Shown one piece after another: positions 1 to 9,118 of a stretch of DNA of 64,000 nucleotides. The DNA lies in the NCBI GenBank assembly GCA_029261155.1, contig JAJDBW010000077.1:2365-66364 (forward strand), in the 5' to 3' direction. Under the pieces are notes generated by a model that was not told where the DNA came from, made no database searches, and saw nothing but the letters and a program-made list of their open reading frames with translations. Source of the DNA: Nitrospirota bacterium. GTDB lineage: Bacteria > Nitrospirota > Nitrospiria > SBBL01 > JAADHI01. The position numbers were made by a program, and so were the translations under genes. Each line of letters starts with the position of its first letter. Position 1 is the stretch's first letter.

Positions 1-1130
1 AAAGAGAGTTTTTTGAAGATGGCTTCTTCGCCTTTGTATGCAAAAGAAACGTCCTGAAATTGGATATCGCCCTTGAGGTTTTGGGCTTTGATCGCGTTGG
101 GCCGATTGCGGATTTCCGGCTCGATTTCCAGCAATTTAGATATTCGCTCCGCACTGGTCATCGCCTTAGAAAGTTGAACGGCAATCTTAGCAAGCTTCTG
201 AATTGGACCGTACATATTATTGATATAGGTGGCAAAGATTAAGACATCACCCGGCGTCATTGATCCATTGACCGCTTGGAGCGCACCAAAGAGCACCGTT
301 GAAGAAACGCCGAAGGCTTTGATCATCTGAACCGTCCTAGAGGTTGATGCGACCATTCTGGCGACTCGGATCGATTGCTTCAGCGTCTTAGCGCTGTCCA
401 CATCAAAAAGATCCGCTTCGTATTGTTCACGGGCAAAAGACTGTACAAGCGAAATCGCGGGTAAGAGTTCATTAATTTTTGAGGCCACAATGCCTTCTCT
501 TTTTCTTTGCTTTCTCTGAGAGTCTTTCAATTTTTTGTAAAGGGAAATGAGGCTATAGATAAGAATGGGAAAAGTCGCCAGGGCGATCAGGGTCAGTTTC
601 CAACTGAGAGAGATCATGATGATGAGCATCCCAATCAGGACCATTAATTGAGAGATTAACTCCAGGAAAGAGTTCGAAAAGACATCCCTTAATATTTTTG
701 TATCCCCCGTAATTTTCGTTAAAAGTTCTCCGGATTTGGAGCGGTCATGAAATGAAAGGGATAGGAGTTGCAAATGAGAAAAGAGGTCTTTCCTTAATTT
801 ATGGACCAACTCGAAACCGATCCGAGAGGTGAGAAAAATCTGAAAGTAAGTAAACACGCCTTTACTGAGGGCGATCAAGAGCATGAAAAAAGATAAGATA
901 ATAATCGAGACCGATTTATCTCCGTGAATCAGTTTTTGCATCAGCGGAACAGTAGAAACGGGGGCGTTCTCAAGTAAGACGTAATCGAAAATCAACTTAA
1001 GTGGCCAGGGAGAGAGGAGATGGGTAAGGGTGAAGCCCAGCATGCAAGCGCCTGCGAGAAAGAGTTTTCCCTTGGCTTGGGTCAAGTGACTAAGAATAAT
1101 GTGTTTGAGTGGGTTTGGTTTTTTTCCCAT
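1..1130 (-). CDS. ABC exporter, fused permease-ATPase (MsbA-like type I exporter). N-terminal part only; the gene runs off the window start
   Basis: Own translation of the minus strand from ATG at 1128-1130. It is absent from the ORF track because no stop lies in the window. Sequence MGKKPNPLKHIILSHLTQAKGKLFLAGACMLGF... has several long hydrophobic helices, an SFHDRSKSGELLTKITGDTKILRD loop, and KGDIQFQDVSFAYKGEE, typical of the first strand of an ABC ATPase domain. The frame stays open to position 1. Confidence 0.8.
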   Translation of the reverse strand, partial: MGKKPNPLKHIILSHLTQAKGKLFLAGACMLGFTLTHLLSPWPLKLIFDYVLLENAPVSTVPLMQKLIHGDKSVSIIILSFFMLLIALSKGVFTYFQIFLTSRIGFELVHKLRKDLFSHLQLLSLSFHDRSKSGELLTKITGDTKILRDVFSNSFLELISQLMVLIGMLIIMISLSWKLTLIALATFPILIYSLISLYKKLKDSQRKQRKREGIVASKINELLPAISLVQSFAREQYEADLFDVDSAKTLKQSIRVARMVASTSRTVQMIKAFGVSSTVLFGALQAVNGSMTPGDVLIFATYINNMYGPIQKLAKIAVQLSKAMTSAERISKLLEIEPEIRNRPNAIKAQNLKGDIQFQDVSFAYKGEEAIFKKLS

Positions 1131-1148
1131 GGGAGGCCTTAATCGGTG

Positions 1149-2249
1149 TTAGTTTTGAGTGTTTGTAATTCTTTGCAAATACACTGAGTTTAAAAATTGG
1201 GAAAGCCGATCGGTACAGGCGCTAAGCTCAAAATCCCGTTCCACCCGATCCCGCGCATTTTGGCCAAGTCTTTCACAAAACGCCGGGTTTTTAACGAGCG
1301 ATTCGAGCGCGTCTGCAAGGGGATTCGGATTTCCTGGAGGCAAGAGCAGCCCTGTCTTTTTGTGCACAACGGCGCTTTGAATCGCGCCCACATCAGTTGC
1401 AATGACGGAACGTCCGGAGGCCATGGATTCTAAGACCACGTTGGGCAAGCCATCGCGGTCGCCCACCCGATTGACAATCGACGGGACCACGACGATTCGA
1501 GCCTGTTTATATTCATTCGGAAGTTGGGCATGGGTCATCCCGCCGAGCAATTCGATGTGATCGGAAAGGCTCGCCGTCTGAATTTCTTTTTCCAAGCGTT
1601 TCCTTTCGGGCCCTTCTCCGATAATTCTCAAATGAAAAGGGAAGGACACCTGGCCGAGGGCCTGAATCAACACATGAAAACCCTTCTTTTCGACCAGGCG
1701 GCCCACGGCCAACAACGGTATGGTTTCACTTAGGGGAAGAGGGCCTGGACGAAAGCGTTCAAGATCGACACCATGCGGCATTAGCGTTACCTGGCCCCCC
1801 ACTTTTCTAAGATCCTCGGCCACGTCATCATTGCATGCAATAATACAGGCCGCTTGCTTGGCACGCTTGGCCAAAATTTCGGTCGGAACTTTTCGTGCAT
1901 CGAGGGCGTGCGTACTAAACCCGTACGGTCGGTCGAGTTTTTTGGCAACGCGTGCCGCCACTTCTGCCGGAGTATGGGCAAAGTAGCCATGGATGCCGGA
2001 AACGGCTTGTCCCTCCAGGCGCTGAACTACCCTTTCGGCCTGCTGAGCCGGACTTCCTGGAGGAAGATATTCGACCTGCTCAAGAAACGACTGAGCATCG
2101 GGATGCAGTGGAAGGCCATCTCCGGGTTTTGTCGCGAAGATCCGCAGCAGTAGTCCTTTTTTTTGCAAGGCAAGAAGCTCTTGCAGGGCAAAGGTTTCCG
2201 AGCGGCGGGGAAAACCGCTGACAATCATCACAATTTTACATTGATTCAT
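1149..2249 (-). CDS. Glycosyltransferase family 4 (GT-B fold, WcaL-like)
   Basis: 366-aa ORF. N-terminal GFPRRSETFALQELLAL motif is shared with the gene at 17789-19138. VEKKGFHVLIQAL and DRDGLPNVVLESMASGRSVIATDVG match the GT4 sugar-donor region. 4-nt overlap with the upstream gene. Confidence 0.85.
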   Translation of the reverse strand: MNQCKIVMIVSGFPRRSETFALQELLALQKKGLLLRIFATKPGDGLPLHPDAQSFLEQVEYLPPGSPAQQAERVVQRLEGQAVSGIHGYFAHTPAEVAARVAKKLDRPYGFSTHALDARKVPTEILAKRAKQAACIIACNDDVAEDLRKVGGQVTLMPHGVDLERFRPGPLPLSETIPLLAVGRLVEKKGFHVLIQALGQVSFPFHLRIIGEGPERKRLEKEIQTASLSDHIELLGGMTHAQLPNEYKQARIVVVPSIVNRVGDRDGLPNVVLESMASGRSVIATDVGAIQSAVVHKKTGLLLPPGNPNPLADALESLVKNPAFCERLGQNARDRVERDFELSACTDRLSQFLNSVYLQRITNTQN

Positions 2250-4273
2250 CCCAGGCCCTCATTATGAATAGACTGGGTTGAAAGGCCTTCAAAGGTATGA
2301 AACTGGATGTTAGGATAAGGTCGTAGTGTGCGGAGCAAAAAATCGAGGAAAGAAAATGCCTCCAGGTTCATGACTTTGTGATGCGACAGGATGCCGATAG
2401 GCTCACCCGTCTGCATCTGCTCCAGCAATTGTGCGACAATTGCTTCCGGCGCTTTCATCTCCGGTTTTCCTTTCCAATGGTAGAGATCCAAGGTCGTCGA
2501 GATTTCCTGGAAGGCATAGTTTCGCACGGTTTGTTTACCTCTATCCTTTGAAAAGACCTTGAACCCTAAGCGATCGAGCACCCGAAAGGTGTCATCAGTG
2601 CATCGATTCCAAGGGGGGGTAAATACAGGATAAAACTTGTGGCCAAAGACTTCTTCAAGCCGTGACTTTCCTTTTGAGATATCTTCAAATTGCTGGTCGA
2701 ATGAACGGCTTGGCCCAAATTCGTATTTTCGTCCTTCTTTCTCATGGTTGTGGTGCTGCCAGCCGTGCTGGTTGAGTTCGAATAGGTCCGGGTGGAGGTG
2801 CTTGTGGTTATCCAGCAGTCGAATGCCGCCGGCACTGAGTTCGCCGGGAATGATTTCCAGATTCAATGGGACGCTGGAAGCCAAGGTGACATCGAACAAG
2901 TGCCTTAATGTCTCAAGATCGTCGGTTGCGTCATCGTCCCTCAAAAAAATTCTGATTTCTTTTTTTTCCTGTACCAGTCTTTCCAGAGCGGGCCTGAGTA
3001 TGGCCTCCGACGCTTTAAATTGTGAATCCAGGGGCTTCAATCCGCTCCGGCTTGCTTGGATCGTCTTTTGGTCTTTTTTCGACAATAGTTCAGAAAGGAA
3101 GGCTGAGGCCTTTTGTGCGCCATCGACTTCTAAATGGGCCGACATAGGGCCCGCCAGAAGTGATATTTTGATTTTTTCCGAAAGCGATACCGGTTCCAAA
3201 TTCTGGGATGAAATTACCGTGGCCAGACCGAGGGCCTCCAATTTTTCTGCGCGAATCGTCTGTTCTTCATTTTGATTTCCCGTGAAAGGGAGGAGCAGAG
3301 CCTTGGTCTTGGCCACCAATATGTTCATACAGGTGTTGTAGCCCGCCATGCTGATGGACAGGTCAGCCCTCGTCATGTAGGCAAGGAAGTGCGTTGTATA
3401 TTTTCTGACTTGGATGTTCGAGTGAGAATCGATCATCCGCTCTAATTTCAGAAAATCGTCTTCGGGGAGATAAGGCCCGCTAAAAATGAGGAGGCGGTGC
3501 GGCAAGTCCTCTTTTAAAAGAAGGCTCGCCTGAATGGAGCATTCCAAGAGTTCGAGTCCCACACGGCCGCCACCGATGCTGGCGAGGATGAGAGGCGGAG
3601 CGGTATCCCTGTTCAAATCGTCATTCAAAAAACGGTCATCCGGATGGTGATACAGTGCCTCTTTCGATGGCGCTTCCGCCACAAACCCAGTGTATTTTGC
3701 CGGGCAACGTAGTTCAGTCATCCGAGAAAAAGTCTCGTCTAATCGCTGAAACTTTGGATCTGAGTGAATAAGCAAGAGATCGAAATAGCGGTTCATCGTG
3801 TTTAAGACCTGATCTTCATGCCGTTGTTGATCTCGTTTGCTGACGAGAATGTCCCGAAGACTACAGACGACCTTTGTTTGATCTCCGTTTAATCGGATTC
3901 GGCTCAATAGTGGAATCAGCTCAAAAGCGAACTTTCTCCTTCCGAAGGGAAAAAGTTCAATGATTAACACATCGGGTTGAATGCGTTCATATTCCGCCAA
4001 AATGCGTTGCGTCCTAGCGCTTTTCACTTGTTCGAGCGTTTGATTGCCTACGGAGGATTGGATGTCCTTGAATGCCGCATCAGACTTCATGGGCGGCAGA
4101 TTTACCACCTCAATCCGGGGATCAAACTCAAAGCCGGGGATGAGTTCACCGCCATTGAGAAAGCAAACCTCAAAATCCTTCAAGGCGTGAACAATCTCTC
4201 TGCTCCGGATTAAATGCCCCATGCCCAGAACGTGTTGGCAGTAAAAGAGGACCTTCTTTTTAGAATGTTTCAT
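2246..4273 (-). CDS. Fusion protein: MurG/GT28-like glycosyltransferase (family I recall as COG4671) plus a C-terminal polysaccharide-deacetylase-like domain
   Basis: The track ORF starts at 4474 but overlaps the upstream gene. ATG at 4273 (MKHSKKKVLFYCQHVLGMGHLIRS) is the likely start. The N-terminal ~400 aa parallel the paralogs at 19173-20336 and 20355-21704 (GxGHxRR head; MAGYNTCMNILVAKTKALLLPF...EEQTIRAEKLEALG tail). The C-terminal ~270 aa carry RIFLRDDDATDD, NQHGWQHHNHE and TPPWNR, which resemble the Asp/His metal motifs of deacetylase-type domains. Confidence 0.65.
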   Translation of the reverse strand: MKHSKKKVLFYCQHVLGMGHLIRSREIVHALKDFEVCFLNGGELIPGFEFDPRIEVVNLPPMKSDAAFKDIQSSVGNQTLEQVKSARTQRILAEYERIQPDVLIIELFPFGRRKFAFELIPLLSRIRLNGDQTKVVCSLRDILVSKRDQQRHEDQVLNTMNRYFDLLLIHSDPKFQRLDETFSRMTELRCPAKYTGFVAEAPSKEALYHHPDDRFLNDDLNRDTAPPLILASIGGGRVGLELLECSIQASLLLKEDLPHRLLIFSGPYLPEDDFLKLERMIDSHSNIQVRKYTTHFLAYMTRADLSISMAGYNTCMNILVAKTKALLLPFTGNQNEEQTIRAEKLEALGLATVISSQNLEPVSLSEKIKISLLAGPMSAHLEVDGAQKASAFLSELLSKKDQKTIQASRSGLKPLDSQFKASEAILRPALERLVQEKKEIRIFLRDDDATDDLETLRHLFDVTLASSVPLNLEIIPGELSAGGIRLLDNHKHLHPDLFELNQHGWQHHNHEKEGRKYEFGPSRSFDQQFEDISKGKSRLEEVFGHKFYPVFTPPWNRCTDDTFRVLDRLGFKVFSKDRGKQTVRNYAFQEISTTLDLYHWKGKPEMKAPEAIVAQLLEQMQTGEPIGILSHHKVMNLEAFSFLDFLLRTLRPYPNIQFHTFEGLSTQSIHNEGLG

Positions 4274-4343
4274 GCGATCTCCGATAAGTAATTTTCTGGA
4301 ATCAAATGGTGATTCTCCCTGTTTTCCAAGCGTACAAATACGG

Positions 4344-5504
4344 TCATGATCTCCCTCCGATTTGATCCAGTATCTTTGTGAGAACCTTATCGGAATCGAA
4401 ATAGGCTTCGGCCAATTCTCTTGCTGCTTTACAATGGATGATATAGTTTCGGTCGATTTCCTCAATGCCCGCAATCGCTTCTTCCATCGTTGTAAAGGTC
4501 AGTAAACCGTTACCCGTGGGCAGGTGGTTTTCAATCCCCGTCGACTGCACCAAGACGGGTTTTCCGGAGGCAAGGTAGAGGGCGCTTCGATCGCTGAACC
4601 AGCCGGTAGAAAATTCCACATAACGGTTATGAGCGACACTGAACTCGGCATAGGATTGCCCGATATAACTATTGTAGTCACTTAGATGCTGAAGGTTTTG
4701 GGGATCCGTGATCTGCCAGCTGTTTTCTCGAAACAGTTTACGATCCGCCTGGTGGTCTGCAGCGTTCAGTTTTAACGCGATTTCAAACTTATGTCCGGTT
4801 CGCTTGGGGAGCGCAATGTATTTAAGCCAATTATCAGATTTCTCACCGGAAGCATTTCCCTGCCATTCAAAAGTCGCTCTGCCCCTCCAAGTCGAAATGG
4901 TTGTGAATCGTTTCCGTTCGGGATTCGGTTTCTGCACGGGCCACATGGGCAAAAACACTGGACGAACCAATGGAATCCATTGGCGTCCTCCTGTGGGAAT
5001 GCGACACGAGGCCGCGCCAATATTAAGGCCGAGGGTAAACAGGTAATCGTATTGATCCAAGGCTTCGTAAGTGCCTCCTCGTTGATGAAGCATGACTTGG
5101 GTGTTTCCTGGGTTCCCATCGAAATAGGCTCGCCGTCGTGCACGACTAAAAATATCTGGAGCCTTATGAATTTCCCCACTACGGGTGATCAGTAAGTCGC
5201 AACGCTTTGCGACCTGGATTGCTTCAGATAATGACATTCCGTATGTGGCTTTTCCTCCCTTATAGATCAGGCAGCATCGTGGCCAGATGCCGTAGACCTT
5301 CGCCACTGCAGCAAAGTGGTTTTTACCCTCCCATTTTTCAAATGGAATTTTTTTGTTTTTCGAATCGATGCAACGATTGGGTCCAACATGCTCCATCAAA
5401 TAGACTTCATGCCCCAGCGCTTGAAGGCCGCTCAGGTACGCCATCGCGTGGTCAATATGCCCCACGGTTGTGTTGGCTATTTTCCCCGTACAGATAATGA
5501 TCAT
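4344..5504 (-). CDS. GT-B-like protein (CgeB / Glyco_trans_1_2-like C-terminus), function uncertain
   Basis: 386-aa ORF. The C-terminal WFSDRSALYLASGKPVLVQSTGIENHLPTGNGLLTF resembles the acceptor/donor region of CgeB-type glycosyltransferases. Operon context supports this. I recognise no stronger motif. Confidence 0.45.
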   Translation of the reverse strand: MIIICTGKIANTTVGHIDHAMAYLSGLQALGHEVYLMEHVGPNRCIDSKNKKIPFEKWEGKNHFAAVAKVYGIWPRCCLIYKGGKATYGMSLSEAIQVAKRCDLLITRSGEIHKAPDIFSRARRRAYFDGNPGNTQVMLHQRGGTYEALDQYDYLFTLGLNIGAASCRIPTGGRQWIPLVRPVFLPMWPVQKPNPERKRFTTISTWRGRATFEWQGNASGEKSDNWLKYIALPKRTGHKFEIALKLNAADHQADRKLFRENSWQITDPQNLQHLSDYNSYIGQSYAEFSVAHNRYVEFSTGWFSDRSALYLASGKPVLVQSTGIENHLPTGNGLLTFTTMEEAIAGIEEIDRNYIIHCKAARELAEAYFDSDKVLTKILDQIGGRS

Positions 5505-5566
5505 TGTAAGTCCTTAAAGCCCGACTTCAAGCGCAAGGGGCTGTTTTATATCGTTTGTCCCATCTA

Positions 5567-6562
5567 TTATCCAGGGAGGTTCGATTCTATAAATTTCAAC
5601 CATTCCTTCACTCGGATGTTCCACGAATATTTTGTAAGCACAATTTCCCGGTTATTTTCTCCGAGTTGTTTGACCAAAGGGCGATTCGCCTCTAATTTTA
5701 TAATCCGTTTTTTGATATCCAGCAGATCTCTTTTGATAAAATAACCGTTTATGTTTTCTATAATTAAATCTTCACATCCGCCGACTTTTGTTGAAATAAG
5801 GCCACGACCGCAGGATGAGGCCTCGAGCACGCTTTGGGAATATCCTTCAGAAGTGGAGGCGCAAACATAGAGATCGATTTGATTATAAAGCTTGGGCATC
5901 GCCTCTCTTTTTACTTGTTGTTCGCCTCTTCCCCCGAGTGCCCTGACCTCTACATTCGGAATCTCATTCAGGGGAAGGATGAATTCTGAATACCCTTTCA
6001 AACGGTCATGTTTTTGGAGCGTTGTACTGCCGGAAAAACCGAGGATCAAGGGGGATTTTCGGTTCGTGTTAATCGGACGCATGGGGGTGAATAAATCTGT
6101 GTCAACGCCATTTTGCGTTAGGGCGATATTTTGAAGGCCGGCATCCTTAAAGATTCTATAGAGCCTCCGGCTGATAATATTGATCTGCTTTAGACGAGAG
6201 AATTGATTCAGAAGCGCTGCGGGAGGTGGCGGACCCGTTTCAGGTAAAGAGAGATAGCCATCCCATGACCTGTGAGAGTGAATGCCTGTGATCAGTTTTC
6301 CCCGGTCTAAAAAAGGCAGCAGATCTCTAAAATCCTCCTTTTTCTTTTTTGAAATCACCAGGGTCCAGCCCATCGCAAAAACCAGATCATAGTGCATGTG
6401 GTTTTTTTCGATATAATCGAAATCATCTTTTATCGAGACGATGTCAAACGAAAGCATGGCGCAGGTATTGTGCTTCACGATTCCTTTTGCAATCGTGTCA
6501 TAGGACCAGTCGAACTTATCTAGGATGATCAGCACCTTGTTCATTTTAATCGGCTTTCCCAT
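5567..6562 (-). CDS. Glycosyltransferase family 4/1
   Basis: 331-aa ORF. EGYSQSVLEASSCGRGLISTKVGGCEDLIIENINGYFI contains the EX7E motif of retaining GT4 enzymes. The start abuts the stop of the upstream gene (6562/6563). Confidence 0.75.
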   Translation of the reverse strand: MGKPIKMNKVLIILDKFDWSYDTIAKGIVKHNTCAMLSFDIVSIKDDFDYIEKNHMHYDLVFAMGWTLVISKKKKEDFRDLLPFLDRGKLITGIHSHRSWDGYLSLPETGPPPPAALLNQFSRLKQINIISRRLYRIFKDAGLQNIALTQNGVDTDLFTPMRPINTNRKSPLILGFSGSTTLQKHDRLKGYSEFILPLNEIPNVEVRALGGRGEQQVKREAMPKLYNQIDLYVCASTSEGYSQSVLEASSCGRGLISTKVGGCEDLIIENINGYFIKRDLLDIKKRIIKLEANRPLVKQLGENNREIVLTKYSWNIRVKEWLKFIESNLPG

Positions 6563-7471
6563 TTAGCCTTCGACCGTCACTTGACTGAGCGTTTTAAAGG
6601 TGTAATTCCGTTCTGAGAGCAGCTTAAAGGTATTTTCTATTGTATTGAGCATGTCCTTGCAGTCTTCTTCTGTTCTACTATAAGGGCTTTTGTCCGGGAC
6701 AAGCTCCACATTATGAAACATGCTGCAAAGTACCGTCGGGCTCACGTGGCCTTCATACCAATCAATGACCTTTTTGCATTGCTCAAAGTCGGAAAAGCGT
6801 CGCGGGGTCGGTCGAAGCCAGGTAAGGTCGGGTGTGATCGAGACTGGCACCTCTATAATTTTTAAATCTCCGACGGCACAAAGATTATCCTTAGAAGGAT
6901 AGTAGGGAGAAAGGCTGCCCGGTTTAGAATAATCGACCACATCGTGCCATTGACGAAACGGAGTGACGCTTGTGTCATGCGTATAGCCTAACTTTTCTAA
7001 GCACTCTAAGGTCCACCCCCTTGCTCCAAAGCGTCCCGCTCGAAAGGACTTTGGCGCGAAACCAAAAAGCTTAATAAACTTCTCCGTTAGATTTTCGAGC
7101 TTCTCGAACTCAACCACCTCTTCGTATTCACACTGCATATCTTTTGGGTCACATCCACTAAAATTTTCTCCGGTGAACCGTGCTTGAGGTCCGATGTATT
7201 CTCCGTGTAAATGCGTACCGAGTTCACAATGGTCTCTGTCCAACGCGTTAAGAAAATCAACCGATGCGGGGTCTACCATAACCGCCGGACTGATGAGGTA
7301 AACTGGTTTTACGCCATATTTTTCACATAGCGGTTGAAGAATACCGATCCCTTTCGTTACGCCCTCGTATGTCGCGGGGTTGGACGTTTTCCACTTACGG
7401 CCTGCATCGATTTCGACGTCAATCGTTAACACATAGGTTCTCGAAGCTTTTCCTTTTTGGATGAAGTCCAC
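6563..7471 (-). CDS. Polysaccharide deacetylase-like protein
   Basis: 302-aa ORF. TIDVEIDAGRKW and CELGTHLHGEY resemble the Asp and His metal motifs of carbohydrate-esterase-type deacetylases. No signal peptide. Assignment is by motif resemblance only. Confidence 0.5.
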   Translation of the reverse strand: MDFIQKGKASRTYVLTIDVEIDAGRKWKTSNPATYEGVTKGIGILQPLCEKYGVKPVYLISPAVMVDPASVDFLNALDRDHCELGTHLHGEYIGPQARFTGENFSGCDPKDMQCEYEEVVEFEKLENLTEKFIKLFGFAPKSFRAGRFGARGWTLECLEKLGYTHDTSVTPFRQWHDVVDYSKPGSLSPYYPSKDNLCAVGDLKIIEVPVSITPDLTWLRPTPRRFSDFEQCKKVIDWYEGHVSPTVLCSMFHNVELVPDKSPYSRTEEDCKDMLNTIENTFKLLSERNYTFKTLSQVTVEG

Positions 7472-7635
7472 ACTAACTCCTTAAAAGTCCGTCGAATGCC
7501 ATAAGGACTATACATCCTTCTTCATGAAAAAAACGTTCCGAAGTCTAGTCCCTTTTAGTACCGCATCAACTTGCTTCACTGCCTTGTAGCAGGCCTTGAC
7601 GCAAACCCTAAGAGAGCGGGTTCGTCGAACAAGAC

Positions 7636-9024
7636 CTATGATAATCTCACCGATTTAGACCCATCTGTCGGGTCCGACTGCATATGAGATAATCGAATGA
7701 TTTTTGCAAGCTTCTTTTCCAATTCAGGTTCTTGTTTGGTGTATAAAATGTAAGCCTCGATAATACATTGAGCTTTTAGTTGCCAGTTAAAGCGGTCAAC
7801 CGCTACCTTACTCCCGATATGTTGCTGGTATGCACAAAGAAATGTGGGCACCATTAATTCCACAAGATTTGAATCAAAACTTCTGAAATACAAATCGACA
7901 ACAAATTTCACAAGATCCTGGCACGGATCTCCGATGGCAAACTCATCATAGTCAAAAAAGGCAACTTTATTTCCGCAGGCGAGTAACTGATGAATCGAAA
8001 AGTCGGCATGAATGAGTTTATTTCTAATCGGAGCGATATCGTGCATTTTGCGCTCTAAGCCTTCAACGGTTAAAAGAAAGGCTTCCTTAAATTTTGGAAA
8101 CGTATAAGCGAGGACGGCCGCCTTTTTTTTGACTTCTCTGAGACGATCTGCGATCGAAATCTTATCCGTGCAGTCAAGTGTATGATTGTGGAAATTCCCG
8201 ATACCCTTGGCGACGACTTTCATGTAATGATTGTAATTCGTGTAATCAATAACAGCTGACAAAGGCTCCCCTTGTAACGCTTCCTGCCAAACCGTTTTGA
8301 TCTTGTCGTTGTACCCCAAGGGTCGCGCAACCAAAAAGCGATCTGTGGCCCCATTCGGTGGTGCATATAAGGCGTTCATTCTACGATATACTTCTTTCCC
8401 TCGCTCATCTCTGAACATTTTTCCAAATACGGCATACGTATTTGGGTTCGCTCGATCCCCCCATTGTATAGAATAGCGAATGAGGCAACGACGTTCGGCC
8501 CTGTAGTTCATGATATGTTTGCTGATTTTGATAATATGACCTGGCTCGCTAAGACCCGATGGAAAATTAAGATAGGGGAAATATGCCTTTATTTTATTAG
8601 ATGAGAGTAGGACGGATAAATTGAAAAGTCTTGGATCATGAGGAAAGGCCCAAACGATCAAATCTAAATCTGAAAGATGAGTTACAAATCCGCCAAGATG
8701 AGGGTGATCGAGCATTCCATCCCTGACCCTTTTGAATTCCATACTACTTTGACCACGAATATACGCTTTTGCGTATAATTCCCGAACCGCACATTTTCGT
8801 CCCGAACGATCAACCACTTCTAGCGCATAACCTATCTCCATGGGGCATGTATACTTTAACCGCTTATTGGAAAGTGTCTTATTTCTGAAAATCTCAAGTC
8901 TACAATTTTTTATGATGCGTTCTCCCTGAGCATAACGAGGAAGCCTCCGTTGAAATACGTCTTTCATCTTTTCCTGATCTGTGAATATGTCAAATCGCTT
9001 CACATTAATGCCTTGTGTCATCAT
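7636..9024 (-). CDS. APH/choline-kinase-fold phosphotransferase, paralog A
   Basis: 462-aa ORF. Catalytic loop LIHADFSIHQLL and metal loop VAFFDYDEFAIGDPCQDL. N-terminal extension with IVWAFPHDPRL is shared with paralogs B and C. Confidence 0.7.
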   Translation of the reverse strand: MMTQGINVKRFDIFTDQEKMKDVFQRRLPRYAQGERIIKNCRLEIFRNKTLSNKRLKYTCPMEIGYALEVVDRSGRKCAVRELYAKAYIRGQSSMEFKRVRDGMLDHPHLGGFVTHLSDLDLIVWAFPHDPRLFNLSVLLSSNKIKAYFPYLNFPSGLSEPGHIIKISKHIMNYRAERRCLIRYSIQWGDRANPNTYAVFGKMFRDERGKEVYRRMNALYAPPNGATDRFLVARPLGYNDKIKTVWQEALQGEPLSAVIDYTNYNHYMKVVAKGIGNFHNHTLDCTDKISIADRLREVKKKAAVLAYTFPKFKEAFLLTVEGLERKMHDIAPIRNKLIHADFSIHQLLACGNKVAFFDYDEFAIGDPCQDLVKFVVDLYFRSFDSNLVELMVPTFLCAYQQHIGSKVAVDRFNWQLKAQCIIEAYILYTKQEPELEKKLAKIIRLSHMQSDPTDGSKSVRLS

Positions 9025-9118
9025 TCACCTGTTTTCAAATCTTCACTTATGTTTCAGAGATTCTGCCATTTGGGTTAGCCGAAAGTATTATAGTAACGGC
9101 TTCCCTTCTTTCCCTTCA

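Noticed and set aside
60-242. 60-aa plus-strand ORF at the window start
   Set aside because: It lies inside the minus-strand ABC exporter gene, whose translation shows clear transporter features.
2637-3275. 212-aa plus-strand ORF; similar long antisense ORFs at 11154-11777 and 46307-46801
   Set aside because: Each lies completely inside a motif-supported gene on the opposite strand (GT-deacetylase fusion, nucleotidyltransferase-kinase, OsmC) and shows no recognisable features.
7472-7635. Largest internal gap of the glycan operon, checked for a sigma-54 promoter (GGCAGTGAAGC on the minus strand)
   Set aside because: The GG-to-GC spacing is 9 nt rather than 12. An internal sigma-70 promoter is possible, but I cannot support one by eye.
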